Shown piece after piece: positions 57,340 through 64,000 of a DNA stretch of 64,000 nt. The notes below the pieces were generated by a model that was not told where the DNA came from, did no database searches, and was given only the letters and a program-made list of their open reading frames with translations. A program made the position numbers and the translations under genes. Source of the DNA: Candidatus Latescibacterota bacterium (lineage in GTDB: Bacteria > Latescibacterota > UBA2968); NCBI GenBank assembly GCA_965116885.1, contig OZ220741.1:128001-192000 (forward strand). Reading direction: 5' to 3'. How positions within the stretch are numbered: position 1 is the stretch's first letter; each line of letters starts with the position of its first letter.

Positions 57340-58760
57340 TGAGCCAGATGCTCATCGAGGGCGGCGCTCAGTCGCCGAAAGACCTGGGGAAATTCAGCGG
57401 CAACATCGTCCCTCTCATTGCGCTGCAGATCGAACAGCAACTGGGGACGCTCGCGCTGAAGGCGCGCCGTCTCGTCGGACGGCACATGCATCGGTTCGAA
57501 GACATCGCCCCCAACGCGCTTTGCCGGATCATAGCCGCGAACCAGCTTAAAACGCCCGTCAAAAACCATGCGCCAGGCACTCAGGCCAGAAAATACCAGA
57601 TCTCGATGCCTGTGCGCGCGGGCACCGAGATAATTGACGAGCGAACGGCTGTCGAGATCATCACCGGGATCCAAACCGCCCCACTCGAGAAAGCTGGCGG
57701 TCAGGTCCAGCGTCGTCATCGGCGCGTCGTCGCGTCCGGAAGCCGCCACGCCCGGCCCAGCGATCACCAGCGGAACCCCCACCGAGGCCTGCAGGGGCGA
57801 CAACTTCTGCCACTGGTCGTAATCGCCGAGCATCTCGCCGTGGTCACTGGTAAACACAATGATCGTGTTGTCGAAATCTCCTCGCTCTCGCACGCGTGCA
57901 ACGAGGCGCCCGAGGCAGGCATCAAGATGTTCGACAGTGGCAGCCCAGTTGCGACGCACCTCCTGGTGCGTCTCGGGCGCGATATCCTCGGTATTAAACA
58001 CGGGAAGAGAAAACGCCACGGGCGGCTCGCGGTACCATCGGTGCATCGACTCGGTGATATCCCACGGATGATGGGGATTCTGCAGATTAACCTCCAAATA
58101 CCACGGCCTGGCGTCGGGCGCCCGATCCAGAAGGGTGAGCGCATTATTGGTGATCCAGGTATCGAAGTACGCATCGTCGGGAAGAGTTGTCGGGAAAGTA
58201 GCCGTCCACACGCCCTCCCGGCTTCGGCGCGCGTAATCGGCAATATGATCCTCTGCCAGGCCACGCGCGTGCAAAAACGCCATGTACGCATCCTGAGGCA
58301 CCATCTCGTTGTTGCGCATCAAAATGGTCGCCTGATTCAGCCCCGCATTGAAAATGGCATCGGAAAATCCCCATGCCTCAACGCCCTGACGCCCATCGAC
58401 ACCACAGTGAAACGCAGGTGGGCTCCCCGATTGGTTATTGCCCACATGGTGTTTGCCAGCGCCCATAACATGGTATCCAGCCTCATCGCGCAAGCGCAGG
58501 TGGTACTTGAGCATATTATCGGGCGCATACGTGCTATTGCCCCACACGCGCGTGCGATCGTATTCCTGCCCGGCCACCAGGCATGCACGCGACGGGGCGC
58601 AAACGGGCGACGGACAGATAGCGTTGGCGAACCAGACACCCCGCTTGGCGAGTTGCCGCAGATGCGGCGTGCGCACCGGAATATCGGGGTTCATCTCGAC
58701 CCACTCCGGCCGCTGCTGATCTGTTTGAACAAAAAGTATATTGGGGCGTTTGTCCGGCAT
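57336..58760 (-). CDS. Sulfatase-like hydrolase
   Basis: RPNILFVQTDQQR, CAPSR, GKHH, PHHPW, TSDHGEMLGD. Confidence 0.92.
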   Translation of the reverse strand: MPDKRPNILFVQTDQQRPEWVEMNPDIPVRTPHLRQLAKRGVWFANAICPSPVCAPSRACLVAGQEYDRTRVWGNSTYAPDNMLKYHLRLRDEAGYHVMGAGKHHVGNNQSGSPPAFHCGVDGRQGVEAWGFSDAIFNAGLNQATILMRNNEMVPQDAYMAFLHARGLAEDHIADYARRSREGVWTATFPTTLPDDAYFDTWITNNALTLLDRAPDARPWYLEVNLQNPHHPWDITESMHRWYREPPVAFSLPVFNTEDIAPETHQEVRRNWAATVEHLDACLGRLVARVRERGDFDNTIIVFTSDHGEMLGDYDQWQKLSPLQASVGVPLVIAGPGVAASGRDDAPMTTLDLTASFLEWGGLDPGDDLDSRSLVNYLGARAHRHRDLVFSGLSAWRMVFDGRFKLVRGYDPAKRVGGDVFEPMHVPSDETARLQRERPQLLFDLQRNERDDVAAEFPQVFRRLSAALDEHLAH

Positions 58761-58826
58761 GCGCGTTCACCTTTTGTGAGTCTTCCCATTCGAGATGTAA
58801 AGTTGCCATTATGCATTCAATTTGAT

Positions 58827-59060
58827 TCAAATATTTACTGTAAGAACTTTGCCCACCTCACGTAGCGGTGTTTTCCCAGCCTTCAACTTTTGTGTCACAT
58901 CTTCCAAATACTGCATCGTTCGCCGGTCATAATACCGTTCACCACACGTCCCGCAAACCGGTACATGGATCGGCACATAGACAATATCCAAACCAACTTT
59001 TACCTCTTCCTTGACATCCTTAGAGCAAATATCATCACTGTGACAAATGATGCATTGCAT
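58827..59060 (-). CDS. YgiT-type zinc-finger protein (MqsA N-terminal-like)
   Basis: MQCIICH...VCGTCGERYY; RBS GGAGG. Confidence 0.85.
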   Translation of the reverse strand: MQCIICHSDDICSKDVKEEVKVGLDIVYVPIHVPVCGTCGERYYDRRTMQYLEDVTQKLKAGKTPLREVGKVLTVNI

Positions 59061-59078
59061 CCTGCACCTCCAATGATT

Positions 59079-59317
59079 TCAAGCATCTTGATATGCACGC
59101 AAAAAATCATCGCGCGAAATTTTTGATTGCGTACAAATCGTTCGCAATGTTGATGACTTGAGCCGCGAGTGATTGGGCATCGTCAAAGGAGTTCTTGAAC
59201 CATCCACATTTCCTTAAGCATAGCAATATGTTCTGCCTCGCGTACACGTTTGAATCCCAAAGACTCGAAAGCGCGAATCACCCTTCGTCTGGGTGCGTCC
59301 ACAGGAAACTTCGCCAT
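59079..59317 (-). pseudogene. hicA: HicA-family toxin with a 1-bp deletion frameshift
   Basis: MAKFPVDAPRRRVIRAFESLGFKRVREAEHIAMLKE, then frameshifted NVDGSRTPLTMPNHSRLKSSTLRTICTQSKISRDDFLRAYQDA*; 239 bp, one short of 240. Confidence 0.85.
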
Positions 59318-59545
59318 CTATACCGCCATTTCTGCATTGACCATAAAAGCTTCCAGAACAGGTGAATCCTCATCAAACGCATCTTTACCAAATGTCTCAA
59401 TATGAAACCGAATAGCAGATTTTACATCCGCCAAAGCTTCTTCATAAGTATCTCCCTGCCCAACGACGACCCCTTTCAATCCGAGTGGATATCCCACATA
59501 ACCATCGGCATATCTCTCAACGATAATTCTAAAATTTTTCATCAT
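59318..59545 (-). CDS. hicB: HicB-family antitoxin
   Basis: IIVE..DGYVGY..LKG.VVGQGDTYEEALADVKSAIRFH. Confidence 0.88.
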   Translation of the reverse strand: MMKNFRIIVERYADGYVGYPLGLKGVVVGQGDTYEEALADVKSAIRFHIETFGKDAFDEDSPVLEAFMVNAEMAV

Positions 59546-59560
59546 ATCCTCCTTGCAAAA

Positions 59561-61003
59561 TTAGTTCCCGCCAGGTCCTTTTGCTAAAGAATCTGCATGA
59601 ACAGAACCTGCTCTATATATGTTTTTCCAGCCAAGTAGCTTTAATAGTAGCCTTTCGACGATTGTCTGAACTCTATAAGTCTCGTAGAACAGGAGATCTC
59701 CGTCAATTTTGTTTGCACTATGAATCAATGCATTTCTTGTATTAAAAAAAGAGGGCCTCACAACATCAGTGGGATATAAATCTTTCCACTCTACAGATTG
59801 ATCACTGAGTAATGAGTCAACTAAACTCCAAATAGAAGGTCGATCTAACTCATTAACTTTATCTATAATTGGTTTGTTAGATTTGACATCTGGTAATTGG
59901 TCCCGGATTAATTTTCGGATACTGCGTAGTATTTTATTTTTTTCGGAATTGTTAGAGAAGTTACTGTTGATATCGCGCTCTATCGCATACATATCTTTAA
60001 GTTTTTCAAGCGACATAAAATATAGAATAAATCGTTGTTCAAGATATTGCGATTCATGCCCATTTAATACATTGATTATTGGTAAGAAGAGATCAAATTG
60101 TTTTTCGCGGAGATTTTGTAAGTTTATAATTGAAGATTGAATGAAATCTTTTGCTTCACCAAGCTTTATCAATAAGTCTCCATCGTATACATCATCAACA
60201 AATGACTCAGAGATATACCGGACGAAATGCCGCAATCGTTTTGAGCTATAGCAATCATATCGAAACCACTTTATATGTTTTCTTGAGACAAATGATGCAA
60301 GTAGTGTTAGGTCATCCGCAATTTGTATAGCATAATTTATAAAATCGGAATCTGATAAATCCTCTATCGAAAGATTTGTTTTAATCTCAATTGTTCGAAC
60401 GTTATCAGTTGTCTCGACTTCCTTACCATCTTCTAATCGAATAGGTGAGTAGAGAAAACTAGGCCTTAGTTCAATTTTAGCCTGAATGGGATTCGGAATG
60501 TCGATTTGAAGCGGATCAATTTTAATATTAGCAGCACCTGTATATGATACTTTCCTAGACCAATGCAATGCCCAAAAAGTATGAGGACCTGCTAAATAAA
60601 ACCGTATTCTTCGTTCACCCCTATCTTTGTTATCAACTGAGATGTCTATCTCTAATTCGTGTAATTCGATATCACAAATTTTACCAACCATGTGATCGCC
60701 ATACTCATTGGGCCAACCCCTGTTATATGCTTGTTTAATTATCGCCTTTGAGGATCGTATGATCTCGTAACATCCTTCGTATGCTTTTGATCTAATTTCA
60801 GCATATGGAGTTCCTTCACCCATAAGGTCGCTAATTCTAAAATCAGTAGTATCCCCAAAAATTGCAGCTTTGATTTTATCTGGCTTATTCTCTGCAAAAT
60901 CAACGATGAAATGTAGATCGTCGATATTGTTGCCAGCTTTGGATAGAGTACCCTGGAACTCACGACGCCTATAGAAAGGCTTTGATTGTTCAATGTTATT
61001 CAT
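59561..61003 (-). CDS. AT-rich hypothetical protein with C-terminal HEPN motif (ApeA-like)
   Basis: RFILYFMSLEKL helix and RNALIH (Rx4H). Confidence 0.6.
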   Translation of the reverse strand: MNNIEQSKPFYRRREFQGTLSKAGNNIDDLHFIVDFAENKPDKIKAAIFGDTTDFRISDLMGEGTPYAEIRSKAYEGCYEIIRSSKAIIKQAYNRGWPNEYGDHMVGKICDIELHELEIDISVDNKDRGERRIRFYLAGPHTFWALHWSRKVSYTGAANIKIDPLQIDIPNPIQAKIELRPSFLYSPIRLEDGKEVETTDNVRTIEIKTNLSIEDLSDSDFINYAIQIADDLTLLASFVSRKHIKWFRYDCYSSKRLRHFVRYISESFVDDVYDGDLLIKLGEAKDFIQSSIINLQNLREKQFDLFLPIINVLNGHESQYLEQRFILYFMSLEKLKDMYAIERDINSNFSNNSEKNKILRSIRKLIRDQLPDVKSNKPIIDKVNELDRPSIWSLVDSLLSDQSVEWKDLYPTDVVRPSFFNTRNALIHSANKIDGDLLFYETYRVQTIVERLLLKLLGWKNIYRAGSVHADSLAKGPGGN

Positions 61004-61005
61004 TT

Positions 61006-62106
61006 CTACATATCTCCTATCCCCTCCAACACCTCGCGCAAACGCCTTGCAACAATCACATCCTCACCCTGTTCCATCATATAGGGCATCACCTCCACGC
61101 CATTTTCATGCGTAAACATCTCAATGCGCGGATCGCCATCTGACAACTGTTGCTGGACCTCCTCTGGCGCAACCGGCAAAACTGTGCGATCCCAGTGAAC
61201 CTCCAGAATCGGCGCCACATTAGACCGTCCGGGATCTCGCACTCGCCTCGTCACCGACGGCAAATCCGCAACCGCATCGCCAATCACCTGCAACCACTGC
61301 TCCCACTCTGCCCACTCGGCATCGTGATCGCGCAACACCCACTTCTCCACCGCCGCCAGCAGCCCCATCACCTCCTCCTTACCCGCCTTCATCGCCCGCC
61401 CCAGCGAATGATGCGGCGCGCCATTGGCAAACGCCGCCAGCAAAATATCCTTCCGCCCCAGCACCAACCCCGACGACTGTGGACCGCGCAAACACTTGCC
61501 CCCGCTATAAGCCACAACATCTGCACCCGCTTGCAAATACGCATTGGGCACATCGGGTCGCTCAGCCGCGGCATCTACAAATACCGGCACACCCTTGCGA
61601 TGGCAAATCGCCACCACATCCTCAAGCGGAATATCGCTATGATCCGTTTGATCTCCAAAAAACGCAAACATCGCCGTGCGATCATCAATGGCTAAAGAAA
61701 GCGCGTCGTGATCCTCCACCTCCACCATCTCCACGCCCGCCGCCCGAATCGCATGCGTATAAATATGCAAATGCCCCGGCTGGTACAACACCCGATTCTT
61801 CATCCCCGTCGTATCGGGCAATTGCCTGATCTTATCCGGATCATCCCCTGCCACACACGCCGACGTCACCTGCGTCAGCGCCGCCGCGCATCCATTTGTC
61901 ACCAGCCCCCACTCGCACTGCATCAACTCTGCAATACGCGCCCCCACCGCATCCATCAACTCATCCAAATGCACATACGCCTTTGCCGCCTCCATCATCG
62001 CCTCGCACACCTCAGGCAACATCAGCGAACCACTGATAATCGTATATGTCCCGCGACAGTTAATCAACGGCCGCACACCAATTGAACGATAAGTAGGAAC
62101 AGCCAT
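61006..62106 (-). CDS. SelA/DgaE-like PLP-dependent enzyme
   Basis: INCRGTYTIISGS, VTNGCAAAL, VDAAAE, YSGGKCLRGPQSSG, GRAMKAGKEE. Confidence 0.85.
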   Translation of the reverse strand: MAVPTYRSIGVRPLINCRGTYTIISGSLMLPEVCEAMMEAAKAYVHLDELMDAVGARIAELMQCEWGLVTNGCAAALTQVTSACVAGDDPDKIRQLPDTTGMKNRVLYQPGHLHIYTHAIRAAGVEMVEVEDHDALSLAIDDRTAMFAFFGDQTDHSDIPLEDVVAICHRKGVPVFVDAAAERPDVPNAYLQAGADVVAYSGGKCLRGPQSSGLVLGRKDILLAAFANGAPHHSLGRAMKAGKEEVMGLLAAVEKWVLRDHDAEWAEWEQWLQVIGDAVADLPSVTRRVRDPGRSNVAPILEVHWDRTVLPVAPEEVQQQLSDGDPRIEMFTHENGVEVMPYMMEQGEDVIVARRLREVLEGIGDM

Positions 62107-62120
62107 AATCGCCCTCCACA

Positions 62121-63530
62121 TCAGGCAAAATAGCGCGTGTACAAAATATAAACCGCCAGACCAATCATCAGGAGAAAACAGAACCACAACAGCAAATCCG
62201 TCTTCAAAGACGGTTTCAGACGCTGATCGAGATGTCTATAGCGCAAATACAGCGTCCCCCCGGCAATCAGAGGAAACTTAATCGCCCCAAACAAATGCCC
62301 GATAGTCAGCATCCAAACCGGATTTTGAAAAAAGAAATACGCCAGAGAAGTCACCAGAGGAGACACCACTGCCCAAACGCGCAAAATGCGAACCCGCGTC
62401 TTATAATCATTGCGCTCGATCAAACCCATCACAGACATCCCATCCGCAAAAATGCGCACCCCACCGCCCAGACCGGATATCGCCGTTGAATAAAGGACAA
62501 AAAAAGCACCCACCATAAACAACCAGAACGCCCACTCGCCAAGTGTTTGCGTGTACATATTGGAAAGCACCGGAATCGTCTCCAGACCATCGGGTTGTTT
62601 ATTGAGCCGATACAACACACCCGCACCCAGCATATAAAACGGAATCGTCGCACAGGTCAGCAACCCCAATGTCAAAAGCACATCGGTTTGCATCACCCGA
62701 ATCCATCCCCTCGCGCGCTGAACCCAGGCAGCGGACTGATCTGCCGGCCCCGAAAAACGCGCATAGCCCTTTTCCACACACCAATACGTATAGGCCATCT
62801 GTTCGCCCGACCCCACCCCGGTCCCCCCATACATCGCCAGCGCGGCCAACAGCGCAAAAGCCGGAAAACCAAACGTCAGCCCACCGCGCACCTCTTCCCA
62901 GGTAATCGCATATTCCGTCAATTGCAGCAAAACAGCACACGCGATCGTAATAAACGTAAAGAGCACCACCAGAACCGTCATCAGCCTCTCGAGAAACCGA
63001 TACGTCCCCGTCAGAATAATCACAGACGCCGTACCAGCCAGAATAACCGTCCACCATTCCGAGCCAAGAGACGGCAGCGCCATGTGAATCGCCTGGCCAG
63101 CCCCCCCGTAAATACCACCGCTGATCAACTGCCCCGGAATAATCCAGAGCAACCAGAAATAGATGTACCACGACACCTTCCGCCCGTTAAACGCGGGCAA
63201 CTTCCCGGGCAATCGGTTAAAAGCGTGCAAAAAAGGTTCGCCAGAAGCAACCGAAAAACGCGCGAGTTCCGCCTGAACAATATTCTTGCTCCAGCAACTC
63301 ACCAGCACAAACCAGAGCATTGAAAATCCAACAATAGAACCCAAATTCGTCGTCAAAATAATCTCACCAGACCCCACCACAGATCCCACCAGAATCAACC
63401 CCGGACCGAGAAACTTCAGCGTACTGCGAAGTCCTTGTGGTGGTTCCTGAACCGCCCGTGGATCCAGCGCATATAGATCTGGATTTTTATCTTCTCCCGA
63501 TGGTTGTACAGTTTTGGATTCTTCTGGCAT
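62121..63530 (-). CDS. NRAMP/APC-superfamily transporter
   Basis: LGPGLILVGSVVGSGE, ELARF..ASGE, GGTGVG, YTYWCVEKGY; about 11 TM segments. Confidence 0.8.
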   Translation of the reverse strand: MPEESKTVQPSGEDKNPDLYALDPRAVQEPPQGLRSTLKFLGPGLILVGSVVGSGEIILTTNLGSIVGFSMLWFVLVSCWSKNIVQAELARFSVASGEPFLHAFNRLPGKLPAFNGRKVSWYIYFWLLWIIPGQLISGGIYGGAGQAIHMALPSLGSEWWTVILAGTASVIILTGTYRFLERLMTVLVVLFTFITIACAVLLQLTEYAITWEEVRGGLTFGFPAFALLAALAMYGGTGVGSGEQMAYTYWCVEKGYARFSGPADQSAAWVQRARGWIRVMQTDVLLTLGLLTCATIPFYMLGAGVLYRLNKQPDGLETIPVLSNMYTQTLGEWAFWLFMVGAFFVLYSTAISGLGGGVRIFADGMSVMGLIERNDYKTRVRILRVWAVVSPLVTSLAYFFFQNPVWMLTIGHLFGAIKFPLIAGGTLYLRYRHLDQRLKPSLKTDLLLWFCFLLMIGLAVYILYTRYFA

Positions 63531-63542
63531 ATCCCCCCCTTG

Positions 63543-63640
63543 AAAACAAAAAGCCACCCGGTATGCACAGCGCATTTTCAGACAGTCCCTGCCATTGACG
63601 CTACTGGCATCGTGCTGTGCATGCGACTCTCGGGTGGTTA
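63543..63640 (-). ncRNA. Candidate structured RNA / extended terminator between infA and the transporter
   Basis: Nested helices CCACCCG/CGGGTGG, ATGCACAGC/GCTGTGCAT, TGCCA/TGGCA, then a U tract on the minus strand. Confidence 0.45.
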
Positions 63641-63661
63641 TTTACGTGTCGATTGAAGTAT

Positions 63662-63967
63662 TTAACGACGGCGACGCGACCTGCGGCCACCGCGACCAGG
63701 GCGCCGACCTCCGCCTCCTTGCGTACTCGGAGGGGGTGGCCCACCTGTTCCAGAATCGCGGAATGTAATGCGCCCCCGGTTCAGGTCATAAGGAGAGGTC
63801 TCAATCGTGACGGTATCGCCCACAACAATGCGAATATTAAAACGGCGCATTTTGCCCGACGTATAACCGAGAATCTGATGTCCTCCCTCAATCTCAACCT
63901 TGTATTGCCCATCGGGCAAAATATCGACAATCGTTCCTTCCAGTACAACTTTTTCTTCTTTTGCCAT
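63662..63967 (-). CDS. infA: Translation initiation factor IF-1 with a Gly/Pro/Arg-rich C-terminal extension
   Basis: MAKEE..EGTI...LP...GH.ILGYTSGKMR...IRIVVGD.V.IETSPYDLNRGRITFR. Confidence 0.95.
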   Translation of the reverse strand: MAKEEKVVLEGTIVDILPDGQYKVEIEGGHQILGYTSGKMRRFNIRIVVGDTVTIETSPYDLNRGRITFRDSGTGGPPPPSTQGGGGRRPGRGGRRSRRRR

Positions 63968-64000
63968 AAAACCTCCAACTATGGGATGGATAAACTCGTA

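Noticed and set aside
61006..62106. Selenocysteine synthase selA
   Set aside because: Too short, lacks the SelA N-terminal domain, no selB/selC nearby; fits the SelA-like/DgaE group

Overview
Bacterial, Gram-negative-type chromosomal window. Most genes lie on the minus strand. No rRNA, tRNA, CRISPR array, integrase or intact transposase was recognised. Sulfatases, PhyH dioxygenases, ankyrin/TPR proteins and TonB receptors resemble marine or sponge-associated FCB-type genomes, but the taxonomy is only an inference. Layout: (1) a bactofilin 3' end and hflX. (2) A ~13 kb run (1.7-15 kb) of about 20 small co-oriented accessory genes typical of integron cassettes (GNATs, NUDIX, HIT, HAD, APH-/ANT-/Sat-like, toxin-antitoxin, RidA, S8 protease-HEAT). 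It has internally deleted pseudogenes and a duplicated promoter-like module, but no intact attC. (3) Catabolic genes and a second small accessory cluster. (4) A GlnA-family ligase. (5) A TolC - IPCT/DIPPS - MlaC/HpnM - MMPL - unknown repeat membrane protein - GMC oxidoreductase cluster behind a sigma54-type promoter. This is the best candidate for an undescribed inositol-lipid synthesis/export system. (6) A truncated tnpB next to a compositionally distinct island (response regulator, kinase, TonB receptor, lipoprotein) with a shared GTAAC-N5-GTAAC box. (7) Flippase-like, TPR-parvulin, EamA, sulfatase, CehA/McbA, iolD and PhyH genes with short tandem/inverted repeat elements. (8) A TonB receptor, a sulfatase, and a TA/HEPN islet with a frameshifted hicA absent from the ORF track. 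(9) A SelA-like PLP enzyme, an NRAMP-like transporter, a structured intergenic RNA candidate and infA. All product calls come from motif recognition by eye; no database search was run. Start codons were adjusted where an RBS supported it.
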